In this document: piece after piece, positions 37,510 through 47,389 of the stretch
Numbering within the stretch: position 1 is the stretch's first letter
How the letters are laid out: every line of letters starts with the position of its first letter
DNA from: Bacillota bacterium
GTDB taxonomy: Bacteria > Bacillota > JAAYKD01
NCBI GenBank assembly: GCA_963666425.2
Contig: OY762825.2
Span: 2,624,001-2,688,000 of the forward strand
Direction: 5' to 3'
DNA length: 64,000 nt
Program-made: the position numbers and the translations under genes
Notes under the pieces: model-generated
The model's database searches: none
Seen by the model: only the letters and a program-made list of their open reading frames with translations
What the model was told of the DNA's origin: nothing

Positions 37510-38853
37510 ATGGCACACCCTACGATAAAAAAAATCCTTTCGCCTTCGCTGGCTGCCGGCAGTCCGCTGCAGCCAGGCTGGCAGTTGCTGCGAATCAATC
37601 ATAAGGAGATCGGTGATATCCTGGATTATCAAATTGCGATTGCCGACGCTTGTCTGGTCACGGAATGGTTGGATCTGGCGGGAACCCCTGTTAGCCATAC
37701 GTTTCAGAAGCCGATTGATAAAGACCTGGGCATCGAATTTACGACCTTAACTTTGGATCAACCTAAGGTTTGTCTGAATCATTGCCAATTTTGTTTTGTG
37801 GATCAATTGCCCCGCGGTATGCGCCGCAGTCTCTATTATAAAGACGATGATTATCGTTTGTCTTTTCTCAGCGGCAGCTATATTACCTTATCCAATACCT
37901 CCTGGGCTGATCTGCAGCGGATCAGCAGTTTAAAATTATCACCGCTTTTTATCTCCGTGCATGCCTGGGATCTGCAGCAGCGGCAGGCTTTGGTCTGCAA
38001 TCAGGATCGCGAATTCCGGGAAAAATTCCTCTATTTGGTCAATCAGGGCATTCAGCTCAATTGCCAAATTGTGATTTGTCCCGGTTTGAATGACGGTGCG
38101 ATTCTGCGCGACACCTGTACAGCACTGCTTGCGCTCTACCCGAGCGTTGCCAGTATCGCGTTGGTGCCGGTCGGGTTGACGGGTCATCGTCAGCAACTGC
38201 CTTCTTTAAGACTGCAAAACCAAGCGGAAGCCCTCGCTATCTTAGCTTTGGCAGAGGAGCTGCAAGCAGATTGTCTCGAACGCTATCAAACACGTTTGCT
38301 TTGGCCTGCGGATGAGATCTTCCTGCGGGCAGAGCGGCAAATACCCAACGCCGAATACTATGAAGACTATCCCGTCTTGGAAGACGGTGTGGGTTTGCTT
38401 CGCTCTTTCCTGGAAGAATGGCAGCAGCTCTGGGCAAAACAGCGTGATTTGATCGCACCACGCCGGGTGCGGCTGGTGACCGGAATCAGCGCGGCTGCGA
38501 TGCTGAATCAAGTGGCCGATCAGCTGAATCAAATTCCGGAACTGCAGGTTACCGTACAACCGATCAGCAATCGTTTTTTTGGCGAAACCGTAACGGTAGC
38601 CGGTTTGATTACCGGCAGCGACCTTCTCGCACAGCTGAGCGCCGAAGCGGGCGAATTGGTGCTGATTCCTGCCGTCATGCTGCGCGACGCCGGTGATCTG
38701 TTTTTGGATGACTGTCAACCGCAGGAAATCGTGAACAAATTTGCCGAAGCCGAGATTCGCATCATCGAACCAACCGCCAGCGCCTTGTATTATGCATTAT
38801 TCAAAAAACGCAGTCGACGTAGTAAACCGGCTTTGCTAAAAAGGAGATTTTAA
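37510..38853 (+). CDS. DUF512 radical-SAM-like Fe-S protein
   Basis: CLNHCQFC (CxxxCxxC), LYYKDDDYRLSF, VPVGLT, LEDGVG, FFGETVTVAGL; syntenic before der. Confidence 0.85.
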   Translation: MAHPTIKKILSPSLAAGSPLQPGWQLLRINHKEIGDILDYQIAIADACLVTEWLDLAGTPVSHTFQKPIDKDLGIEFTTLTLDQPKVCLNHCQFCFVDQLPRGMRRSLYYKDDDYRLSFLSGSYITLSNTSWADLQRISSLKLSPLFISVHAWDLQQRQALVCNQDREFREKFLYLVNQGIQLNCQIVICPGLNDGAILRDTCTALLALYPSVASIALVPVGLTGHRQQLPSLRLQNQAEALAILALAEELQADCLERYQTRLLWPADEIFLRAERQIPNAEYYEDYPVLEDGVGLLRSFLEEWQQLWAKQRDLIAPRRVRLVTGISAAAMLNQVADQLNQIPELQVTVQPISNRFFGETVTVAGLITGSDLLAQLSAEAGELVLIPAVMLRDAGDLFLDDCQPQEIVNKFAEAEIRIIEPTASALYYALFKKRSRRSKPALLKRRF

Positions 38854-38855
38854 AA

Positions 38856-40172
38856 ATGGAAGCGATTGTAGCGATTGTGGGCCGCCCGAATGTGGGCAAA
38901 TCCACCCTGTTTAACCGCTTAGTCGGTCAGCGTGTCGCCATTGTGGAAGATATTCCGGGGATTACCAGAGACCGCCTGTATGGCGAGGCTGAATGGACCG
39001 GTTATCGTTTCAACTTAATTGATACCGGTGGGATTGAGGTAGAAGGCAGCAACGATATTTCTGTCCAGATCAGAAAGCAGGCGGAAATTGCCATTGCCGA
39101 AGCAGACACAATCGTCTTTATGACAGATGGCAAGCAAGGCCTACAGGGAGACGATAAGGAAATTGCCGAATACCTGCGCCGCTCGAAAAAGCCCGTGATT
39201 TTAGTCGTCAATAAAATTGATAATCTGGAAATGGTCAATGCCATCTATGATTTTTATGAACTGGCCTTGGGTGATCCGATTGAGATTTCCGCTGACAGCG
39301 GTTTGAATATCGGTGACCTCCTGGATAAAATCGTGGCTACCCTGCCGCGTCTGGAAGAAAAAGAAGAAGACGACGATATCATCAGAATCAGTTTCATCGG
39401 ACGTCCCAACGTGGGTAAATCCTCTTTGATCAATGCAATTTTAGGGGAACAGCGTGTCATTGTCAGTGATGTACCGGGCACAACCCGTGATGCCATTGAT
39501 ACACAGTTCGAACGTGACGGCAAGAAATATATTCTGATCGACACGGCCGGCATGCGCCGGAAAAGCAAAATTTATGAAAATGTGGAACATTATAGTGTTT
39601 TAAGAGCGCTGAGAGCGGTCGAACGCTCCGATGTTGTGATGATGGTGATTGATGCGACGGCAGGCGTCACTGAACAGGATAAACGCATTGCCGGCTATGC
39701 TCATGAACAGGGCAGAGCCATGATCATCGTCATGAATAAATGGGATTTGGTAGATAAAGACACCAATACTGCCGAACAGGAAACCAAGAAGATCCGCAAC
39801 GAATTGATTTTCTGCACCTATGCGCCTGTGATCTTCGTTTCCGCTCTTACCGGGCAGAGAATGTCCCGTTTGTTGGAAATGGTGGATTATGTTGCAGATC
39901 AGCATTCTTTGCGCCTACAGACCAGCAGTATCAACGATTTGCTGCAGGAAGCCATGCGCCTGACGCCACCGCCGAGTATGGGCAACCGCCGCCTGAAAAT
40001 TTTCTATGTCAATCAGGTTGCGACCAAGCCGCCGTTGTTTGTTTTCTTTGTCAACGACCCGGAATTGGCTCATTTTTCTTATGTTCGCTATCTGGAGAAC
40101 AAGATACGCAGTACCTATGGTTTTGAAGGAACGCCGATTCGGTTATCCTTCCGTCAGCGCGAGAGGCAGTAA
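38856..40172 (+). CDS. der: ribosome biogenesis GTPase Der
   Basis: Two G domains (GRPNVGKS twice, DTGG, DTAG, NKID/NKWD) and a KH-like C-terminus. Confidence 0.97.
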   Translation: MEAIVAIVGRPNVGKSTLFNRLVGQRVAIVEDIPGITRDRLYGEAEWTGYRFNLIDTGGIEVEGSNDISVQIRKQAEIAIAEADTIVFMTDGKQGLQGDDKEIAEYLRRSKKPVILVVNKIDNLEMVNAIYDFYELALGDPIEISADSGLNIGDLLDKIVATLPRLEEKEEDDDIIRISFIGRPNVGKSSLINAILGEQRVIVSDVPGTTRDAIDTQFERDGKKYILIDTAGMRRKSKIYENVEHYSVLRALRAVERSDVVMMVIDATAGVTEQDKRIAGYAHEQGRAMIIVMNKWDLVDKDTNTAEQETKKIRNELIFCTYAPVIFVSALTGQRMSRLLEMVDYVADQHSLRLQTSSINDLLQEAMRLTPPPSMGNRRLKIFYVNQVATKPPLFVFFVNDPELAHFSYVRYLENKIRSTYGFEGTPIRLSFRQRERQ

Positions 40173-40173
40173 G

Positions 40174-41205
40174 ATGGCAAAGAAGATTGCGGTTTTAGGC
40201 GCCGGCGCCTGGGGTACAGTGATCGCAAAAATGCTGGCTGAAAACGGTCATCAAGTCAATCTCTGGAGTTATGACAGAGAGGTTGCCCAACAGATTAACG
40301 AAGAACATCAAAATCAGTCCTTTGTGCCGGGGGTGATCTTGCCGGACACGATTACCGCCAGCGTGGATGTGTCTGCTGTACTCTCAGAGGCGGAGGCGAT
40401 TGTCAATGTGGTGATTGCCAAAGGGCTGCGGGCGCTTCTGCAGCAAATGCCGCCGGGCGTGAAGTGGCTGCCGTGGCTCAGCGCAACCAAAGGCTTGGAA
40501 CCGGATACCGCTTTACGCATGTCGCAGATCATCACCGGCTTGGATAAAGCCACAGAAAATCAACTGGCAGTCCTGTCCGGTCCAAATTTGGCAACGGAAA
40601 TCGCTGCTGCTTCTCCCGCCTCCAGTGTGATCGGTGCTGTCAGCAAAGAGACGGCGCTCTATTTTCAGGAACTGCTGATGCGTCCCTATTTTCGAATTTA
40701 CATCAGTCCGGATCCCATCGGTGTGGAATTAGGCGGCGCTTTGAAGAACATCATCGCGCTGGCAGCCGGTATTTGCGATGGACTCGAACTTGGCGACAAC
40801 GCCAAAGCGGCTCTGATTGCCAGGGGTTTGGCTGAGATCAGCCGCCTGGGCTGCCGGCTTGGTGCCGATCGGGAAACCTTTGCCGGTCTCTCCGGTATGG
40901 GTGATCTGGTCGCCACCTGCGCCAGTCCGCACAGCCGCAACCGCTGGTGTGGTGAACAGCTGGGTCTGGGGCGCAGTCTAGATGAAATCATCGCCAGCAC
41001 CAAGTCCGTGGTGGAAGGGGTGCGCACCACAACAGCCGTCTACCAATTGGCAGAGCAGCTGAATTTGGATTTACCGATCACGAGGGCTGTATTTAGTATT
41101 CTCTACGAAGGCGCCTCAGCACGCCAGCAGGTAGAACAGCTGATGAATCGCATGGCGAAACCGGAGAATTCTGATTTAGCGCTGAAAAAATGGCGAATCG
41201 AATAA
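40174..41205 (+). CDS. gpsA: NAD(P)H-dependent glycerol-3-phosphate dehydrogenase
   Basis: LGAGAWGT, TKGLE, LSGPNLA, GGALKNII, GMGDLVATC, SRNR. Confidence 0.95.
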   Translation: MAKKIAVLGAGAWGTVIAKMLAENGHQVNLWSYDREVAQQINEEHQNQSFVPGVILPDTITASVDVSAVLSEAEAIVNVVIAKGLRALLQQMPPGVKWLPWLSATKGLEPDTALRMSQIITGLDKATENQLAVLSGPNLATEIAAASPASSVIGAVSKETALYFQELLMRPYFRIYISPDPIGVELGGALKNIIALAAGICDGLELGDNAKAALIARGLAEISRLGCRLGADRETFAGLSGMGDLVATCASPHSRNRWCGEQLGLGRSLDEIIASTKSVVEGVRTTTAVYQLAEQLNLDLPITRAVFSILYEGASARQQVEQLMNRMAKPENSDLALKKWRIE

Positions 41206-41256
41206 AATAAGACATGAAGTAATTAAAACATACAAAATAACGACAGGAAGCCAACC

Positions 41257-41286
41257 TTGACAGCAGACTGTTGTTTCAACTATAAT
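41257..41286 (+). promoter_or_regulatory. sigma-A promoter of the alaS leader
   Basis: TTGACA-N18-TATAAT. Confidence 0.75.
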
Positions 41287-41294
41287 TAGATTTA

Positions 41295-41520
41295 TACTAT
41301 GATGAAGAGACAATACTGTGGCATTCCCCAGCGAAGATCCGATGGTGAGAGGGATCTGAATTCAACTTTATTGCTGGCCACTTCGGAGTGTTTGTGTCAA
41401 CACAAACGGTGCGCACCGTTATCTGCGATGAGAGGTTACTATGTTTTGCATGGTAACAAACCAGGGTGGTACCACGAACAAAGTCGTCCCTGAGCTGTAA
41501 TCAGCTCAGGGACTTTTTTA
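41295..41520 (+). ncRNA. T-box riboswitch (Ala)
   Basis: GGTGA apical motif, likely specifier GCC at 41377-41379, CCGTTA box, T-box AGGGTGGTACCACG, terminator GTCCCTGAGCTG/CAGCTCAGGGAC plus T6. Confidence 0.9.
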
Positions 41521-41540
41521 ATTTTACGGAGGTGTTGAAA

Positions 41541-44156
41541 GTGAAAAAAATGACAGGCGATCAGATCAGAAAAACTTTCCTCGATTTCTTTGCGGAAAAA
41601 GAACATTTGGTGCTGCCAAGCGCATCCCTGGTTCCGGTCGATGACCCCAGCCTGCTCCTGATCGGAGCGGGTATGGCTCCCTTTAAGGCTTTTTTTACCG
41701 GCATTGCCAAACCGCCGGCAGTCAGGGTTGCGTCAGTACAAAAATGTATTCGCACCCCAGATATTGAAAATGTCGGCAAAACCGGCCGGCACGCAACCTG
41801 TTTTGAAATGCTGGGCAATTTTTCTTTCGGTGATTATTTTAAAAAAGAAGCCATCCATTGGGCTTGGGAATTTTTAACCCAAACGATCGAATTGGATCCC
41901 AACCGGCTTTATATTACCGTGCATCGTGATGATCAGGAAGCCTATGATATTTGGCATCAGGAAATCGGGGTGGCGGCAGAGCATTTATTCTTAGGTGATA
42001 AGGATAATTTTTGGGAAGTCGGCATCGGTCCCTGTGGACCGGATTCGGAGATTTTTTATGATCAAGGTCCGGAATTCAGTTGTGGCAAACCGGATTGCGG
42101 CATGGGCTGCAGCTGTGATCGTTACCTGGAAATCTGGAATTTGGTTTTCACCCAGTTCGACCGTGACGAAGACGGCAATTACAACCCTCTGGAACGCAAA
42201 TGTATCGATACCGGCTTGGGGCTCGACCGTCTGGCGGCTGTGCTGCAGAGCGTACCTTCTGTCTTTGAAATTGATCTCAACCGGCCGGTGCTGGATCTGC
42301 TGATTCAGCGCAGCGGTGTTCCGTATGACGGTAAGAGTGCGGCGAGTTTGGCTTTGAAAATCATTGTGGACCATGTGCGCGGTGTGACCTTTATGATCGG
42401 TGACGGAATTTTACCCGGCAATGAAGGACGAGGTTATGTCTTGCGCCGCATGCTGCGCCGTGCGGTTCGCTTCGGCCGTTTGGTTGGTTTAAAGGATGCT
42501 TTTGTGGCGGATGTTGCCGGGAAGGTGATCGACTGTATGCAAGTCGGTTATCCGGACTTGGCAGAGAAGCGCGCCTTTATTCTGAAGGTCGTGGAATTAG
42601 AAGAAAAACGTTTCGGCGAGACCTTGGAATCGGGTTTAGCCTTGCTGCAGCAATATGTGGAACAGATGAAAGAGAAAAATGAAACCTGCCTCAGTGGCAG
42701 CATTGCTTTCAAACTGCACGATACCTTCGGCTTTCCGTTGGAATTGACCGGGGAATTGCTGGAAGAACAGGGGATGAGTGTAGATATCGCAGGTTTTAAG
42801 CAGGAGATGACCCAGCAGCGCAATCGAGCCAGAGCGGCTCGGCAGGATGTCGATGCCATGGGAGCCGGCAAAGCGGATCTTTCCCAAATCAGCAGTCAGT
42901 TTACCGGTTATCAAACAGAGCAGAATCAAGCCGTCATCGTCGGCATTTATCAGGAAGGCAGCCCCGTGGAGATGGTTGGCGACGGAGAAGAAGTCGACCT
43001 GATTTTAGACCGGACCCCCTTCTATGCAGAAAGCGGCGGCCAGGTGGGAGATACCGGTTATCTCCAGAGCGGAGAACTGCGGCATACGGTTAAAAATACG
43101 CTGAAAGAAAGCGGCGTGACTGTGCTCAAGGTGAAAGTCAAGCATCACCTTGGCTTGGGTGATCAGGTGCTCGCCGTTGTGGATCACGAGCGCCGCCTGG
43201 CGACTGCCCGCCATCATTCCGCCACCCATCTGCTGCAGCAGGCGCTGCGGCAAGTGTTGGGAGAACACCTGCATCAGGCCGGATCTTATGTCAGCCCTGA
43301 ACGGATTCGCTTCGATTTCAGTCATTTTTCCGCGGTGGAACCGGCGCAGCTGCAAGAAATTGAGCATCTGGTCAATGCCGCTGTTTTAGAGGATGCTGTG
43401 GTTTCTATTGAAGAACTGGGGATTGAAGCGGCCAAAGCCAAAGGTGCTATGGCACTGTTCGGCGAGAAATACGGCAAAGTTGTGCGTGTAGTCGAGATGG
43501 GTTCTTCGTTGGAATTGTGCGGCGGTACCCATGTAGAGCGCACCGGTCAAATCGGCAGCTTCAAAATCCTTTCGGAGGCCGGCATCGGTTCCGGCTTGCG
43601 GCGGATTGAAGCCGTTGCCGGTTGGAAAAGCAGCGAATATTTTGCGAAGAAAGAACAATTGCTGGGCGAGATCAGCGGTTTATTAAAAACCAAGGAAGAC
43701 GATCTGTCCATCCGGCTGCAGCAGTTGCTGCAGCAGAATAAAGATCTGGAAAAGAAACTGGAAGCACTGCAAGCGGAACGCAATCTGGATGCCATGTCTG
43801 TGCTGCTGAAAAAAGCCGTGCAGGTGGCCGGAGTCAGCTTGTTGGTCGCCCAGGTCAAAGCGGAAAAAACTGACGATCTGCGCCAAATGGCCGATGTGCT
43901 GCGCGATAAAATGGGCAGCGGCATCGTTATGCTGGGCAGCGAAATCGATGGCAACGCCAGCTTATTGGCGGCTGCGACTAAAGACCTGAATGGTAAATTT
44001 CATGCCGGTAACCTGATCAAGGAGATTGCCAAATTGGTTGGCGGCGGCGGCGGCGGTCGTCCGGACCTGGCGCAGGCGGGCGGAAAAAACCCGGAAAAAT
44101 TACCGGAAGCCCTGCAGCAGGTGGCCGCGATCGTCGCAAAACAACTGCAGAAATAG
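41541..44156 (+). CDS. alaS: alanine--tRNA ligase
   Basis: AGMAPFK, FEMLGNFSFGDYFK, EIWNLVF, HSATHLL, ELCGGTH, GGGGRPDLAQAG; start GTG 41541 or ATG 41550. Confidence 0.97.
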   Translation: MKKMTGDQIRKTFLDFFAEKEHLVLPSASLVPVDDPSLLLIGAGMAPFKAFFTGIAKPPAVRVASVQKCIRTPDIENVGKTGRHATCFEMLGNFSFGDYFKKEAIHWAWEFLTQTIELDPNRLYITVHRDDQEAYDIWHQEIGVAAEHLFLGDKDNFWEVGIGPCGPDSEIFYDQGPEFSCGKPDCGMGCSCDRYLEIWNLVFTQFDRDEDGNYNPLERKCIDTGLGLDRLAAVLQSVPSVFEIDLNRPVLDLLIQRSGVPYDGKSAASLALKIIVDHVRGVTFMIGDGILPGNEGRGYVLRRMLRRAVRFGRLVGLKDAFVADVAGKVIDCMQVGYPDLAEKRAFILKVVELEEKRFGETLESGLALLQQYVEQMKEKNETCLSGSIAFKLHDTFGFPLELTGELLEEQGMSVDIAGFKQEMTQQRNRARAARQDVDAMGAGKADLSQISSQFTGYQTEQNQAVIVGIYQEGSPVEMVGDGEEVDLILDRTPFYAESGGQVGDTGYLQSGELRHTVKNTLKESGVTVLKVKVKHHLGLGDQVLAVVDHERRLATARHHSATHLLQQALRQVLGEHLHQAGSYVSPERIRFDFSHFSAVEPAQLQEIEHLVNAAVLEDAVVSIEELGIEAAKAKGAMALFGEKYGKVVRVVEMGSSLELCGGTHVERTGQIGSFKILSEAGIGSGLRRIEAVAGWKSSEYFAKKEQLLGEISGLLKTKEDDLSIRLQQLLQQNKDLEKKLEALQAERNLDAMSVLLKKAVQVAGVSLLVAQVKAEKTDDLRQMADVLRDKMGSGIVMLGSEIDGNASLLAAATKDLNGKFHAGNLIKEIAKLVGGGGGGRPDLAQAGGKNPEKLPEALQQVAAIVAKQLQK

Positions 44157-44233
44157 TTCTGCCTGTGGTGGCGCAGGTTTGCGCAGCAGTAAACCCGTGC
44201 CGCCCGGGAAGAGCAATGGAGAATGTGAGCAAA

Positions 44234-44710
44234 ATGTCAATCCATATTGTGATGTATCAACCGGAAATTCCACCCAATACCGGCAACATTGCCAGACTCT
44301 GTGCAGCGACCGACTCGGTGCTGCATCTGGTCAAACCGTTGGGTTTTTCCTTAGAAGATAAATACCTGAAGCGGGCAGGTCTGGACTATTGGCAGTATCT
44401 GCGCCTGGAAATCCATCCAGACTGGCAGACGTTTTTAGAAACTTATGCAGGCAAACGCATGTTCTTCGCTACCACGAAAGGGCATACCGCCTATCATCAT
44501 GCATCCTATCAGGATGACGACTTCCTGGTTTTCGGACCGGAAACCAGAGGGTTGCCACCGGAGGTTTTGAGCCTGCAGCCGGATCATAATATCCGTATCC
44601 CGATTTTAGCCGAGACGCGTTCACTCAATTTATCCAATGCAGTAGCAATTATCCTCTTTGAAGCCTTGCGTCAAACCGGTTTTGCTCAGCTCTGCGACGG
44701 AGAGATCTGA
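44234..44710 (+). CDS. trmL: tRNA (cytidine/uridine-34-2'-O)-methyltransferase
   Basis: PEIPPNTGNIARLC, KRAGLDYW, FGPETRGL, RSLNLSN. Confidence 0.93.
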   Translation: MSIHIVMYQPEIPPNTGNIARLCAATDSVLHLVKPLGFSLEDKYLKRAGLDYWQYLRLEIHPDWQTFLETYAGKRMFFATTKGHTAYHHASYQDDDFLVFGPETRGLPPEVLSLQPDHNIRIPILAETRSLNLSNAVAIILFEALRQTGFAQLCDGEI

Positions 44711-44742
44711 TCCCGTCTGGGAAGCAAAAGAAAGGAATCAAG

Positions 44743-45738
44743 ATGAAGCAGCAAAAAAGAATTCTCACCGGGGATCGGCCAACCGGAAAATTACACTTAG
44801 GCCATTATGTGGGTTCGCTGGCCAATCGTGTGGCATTGCAGCATGAATATGATACGTTTCTGATTATCGCCGATACGCAGGCGCTGACAACCAATTGGGA
44901 TCAGCCGGAGCGTTTGTCGGCATCCATCCGCCAAGTCACCGAAGATTATATGGCAATCGGCATTGACCCCGCGATCGCTACGATTTTCATTCAATCCATG
45001 ATTCCGCAGCTGGCCGAACTGACCATGTTCTATGGTAATTTTATTTCCGTCAATGTGCTGCGCCATAACCCCACCATTAAAACGGAAGCAGAACAGCACG
45101 GTTATAATGACATGAATTACGGTTTTCTCGGTTATCCCGTTTCACAGGCAGCGGATATTACGTTCTGTAAAGCGGATTTGGTACCGGTCGGTCAGGACCA
45201 AATGCCCCATATCGAGCTGACCCGAAAAATCGCCCGCCGCTTTAATGAACTTTACGCGCCGGTTTTAGTCGTACCGGAAGGACTGGTTGGTAAAGTCGGA
45301 CGCCTGGTTGGTCTGGACGGCAAAGCCAAGATGTCCAAAAGCCTGGATAATTGCATCTATTTATCCGACAGCGCCAAAGAAGTCGCCGCGCAGATCAACA
45401 AAGCCGTGACGGATCCGGAGCGCATCCGGGCAACCGATCCAGGGCACCCGGATGTCTGCACCGTTTACCTTTATCATCAAACCTTTAATGCGGAAGAATC
45501 TGCTGAAATTTGTGAGGATTGCAAAGCCGGCAGAATGGGCTGCGTTGCCTGCAAAAAGCGCTTGACTGCCAAGCTGAACGAATTGCTGGAGCCAATGCGG
45601 GAACGCCGGATCCCTTACCAGAATCAGCCGCAATTGCTGGATGAGATTCTGATGGCCGGCACCCAGCGCGCTCTGGAAGTTGCCAAAGAGACGATGCGGG
45701 AAGTCCGCGACGCCATGCGGATTTCCTATTTTAAATAA
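44743..45738 (+). CDS. trpS: tryptophan--tRNA ligase
   Basis: [34 protein letters not shown]. Confidence 0.95.
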   Translation: MKQQKRILTGDRPTGKLHLGHYVGSLANRVALQHEYDTFLIIADTQALTTNWDQPERLSASIRQVTEDYMAIGIDPAIATIFIQSMIPQLAELTMFYGNFISVNVLRHNPTIKTEAEQHGYNDMNYGFLGYPVSQAADITFCKADLVPVGQDQMPHIELTRKIARRFNELYAPVLVVPEGLVGKVGRLVGLDGKAKMSKSLDNCIYLSDSAKEVAAQINKAVTDPERIRATDPGHPDVCTVYLYHQTFNAEESAEICEDCKAGRMGCVACKKRLTAKLNELLEPMRERRIPYQNQPQLLDEILMAGTQRALEVAKETMREVRDAMRISYFK

Positions 45739-45758
45739 GAAGAAATGGAGGGAAAAAA

Positions 45759-47159
45759 ATGACAGAAGTGACAATGGATAAATTGGTGACGCTTTGTAAA
45801 ATCAGGGGTTATGTCTATCCCGGTTCGGATATTTACGGCGGGTTAGCCAATACCTGGGACTATGGCCCTTTGGGTGTGGAACTAAGGAATAACATCAAAA
45901 AAATCTGGTGGAAAAAATTCATTCAGGAAACGCCAAGCAATGTCGGTTTGGATGCGGGGATTCTGATGAATCCGGAAACCTGGGTGGCTTCCGGCCATGT
46001 CGGCGGTTTTTCCGATCCTCTGATGGATTGCCGCAAATGTAAAAGCCGCTACCGGGCCGATAAGCTGATTGAAGATTACGCCGCCAAAAACGGCAAGGAT
46101 TTTTCTGCCGATGGCTGGACCAATGAGCAAATGAAGAGTTATATCGAAGAGCATCAGATTGTCTGTCCGCAGTGCGGCGCTGTGGATTATACCGAGATCC
46201 GTCAGTTCAATTTAATGTTCCGCACCCACCAAGGGGTGACCGATGACAGCAGTTCTTTGGTCTATTTGCGGCCGGAGACAGCGCAGGGAATTTTCGTTAA
46301 CTTCAAAAATGTCCTGATCTCCAGTCGGCGCAAACCCCCCTTTGGTATCGGGCAGATTGGCAAAGCCTTCCGCAATGAAATCACACCCGGCAATTTTATC
46401 TTTCGGGTCAGAGAAATTGAACAAATGGAATTGGAATTCTTTTGTAAACCGGGAACCGGCGAAGACAGCGAGGATATGCAATGGTTTACTTATTGGCGCA
46501 AATTCTGCTATGACTTTCTGATCAGCCTGGGAGCGAAGCCTGAAAATTTGCGGATGCGCGACCATGATGCCAAAGAATTGGCGCATTATGCCAAAGCGAC
46601 CACGGATATTGAATATCTGTTTCCGTTTGGCTGGGGTGAATTATGGGGTGTTGCTCATCGCACCGATTATGATCTGCGGGTCCATCAGCAGCATTCCGGT
46701 AAAGATCTGCAGGTCCAGGATACGCAAACCAATGAGAAATATCTGCCCTACTGTATCGAGCCTTCGGTCAGTGTGGAACGCCTGACGCTGATGTTTTTGG
46801 CCAATGCTTATGATGAGGAGCAATTGCCCGACGGTGATGTGCGTCAGGTCTTGCATCTGCATCCGGCTTTGGCACCGATTAAGGTGGCGATTTTGCCGCT
46901 CTCCAAGAAATTAGCCGCACCCGCCGAGGCGCTGTTCCGTCAGCTGCAAAAGGAATGGCAGGTAGAATACGATGAAGCCGGCAGCATCGGCAAGCGCTAC
47001 CGCCGTTGGGATGAAGCGGGTACACCTTTTTGTATCACATTGGATTTCCAAACCGAAGAGGATCACTGTGTGACGGTGCGGATGCGCGATTCAATGGAAC
47101 AGATCCGCATTCCGATTGATCAGTTGAAAGCTTGGCTGGCAGAACGTCTGGCCTTCTAA
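45759..47159 (+). CDS. glyS: glycine--tRNA ligase, homodimeric (alpha2) type
   Basis: [54 protein letters not shown] anticodon-binding domain. Confidence 0.95.
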   Translation: MTEVTMDKLVTLCKIRGYVYPGSDIYGGLANTWDYGPLGVELRNNIKKIWWKKFIQETPSNVGLDAGILMNPETWVASGHVGGFSDPLMDCRKCKSRYRADKLIEDYAAKNGKDFSADGWTNEQMKSYIEEHQIVCPQCGAVDYTEIRQFNLMFRTHQGVTDDSSSLVYLRPETAQGIFVNFKNVLISSRRKPPFGIGQIGKAFRNEITPGNFIFRVREIEQMELEFFCKPGTGEDSEDMQWFTYWRKFCYDFLISLGAKPENLRMRDHDAKELAHYAKATTDIEYLFPFGWGELWGVAHRTDYDLRVHQQHSGKDLQVQDTQTNEKYLPYCIEPSVSVERLTLMFLANAYDEEQLPDGDVRQVLHLHPALAPIKVAILPLSKKLAAPAEALFRQLQKEWQVEYDEAGSIGKRYRRWDEAGTPFCITLDFQTEEDHCVTVRMRDSMEQIRIPIDQLKAWLAERLAF

Positions 47160-47199
47160 ACTTATGATTTTTCGGCCGCAGCTTTTTCAAAATAACCGC

Positions 47200-47229
47200 T
47201 TGACAAGTCTAGCCGTCATCTGTTATACT
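47200..47229 (+). promoter_or_regulatory. sigma-A promoter of infC-rpmI-rplT
   Basis: TTGACA-N18-TATACT with TG extension. Confidence 0.7.
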
Positions 47230-47235
47230 CTGTAA

Positions 47236-47350
47236 GCATCAAGAAGAGGCCATCCGCTTCTCACCCGGCGGTTAACCAGACCGGGTAAATATGAATTTCT
47301 CATCATTATGAGGGGATTTTCTGCGCGGGTGAATAACCCGCGCTTTTTCT
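47236..47350 (+). ncRNA. ribosomal protein L20 leader
   Basis: AGAAG...CCGCTTCTCACC motif upstream of infC and terminator GCGCGGGT/ACCCGCGC plus T tract. Confidence 0.75.
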
Positions 47351-47389
47351 ATGTATGGATGGCATAAGAATTCACAGGAGGTGTGAAGT

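Noticed and set aside
41299-41493. Short ORFs over the alaS leader (also 49586-49777 and 9360-9581)
   Set aside because: They lie within T-box riboswitch leaders and have no coding signal
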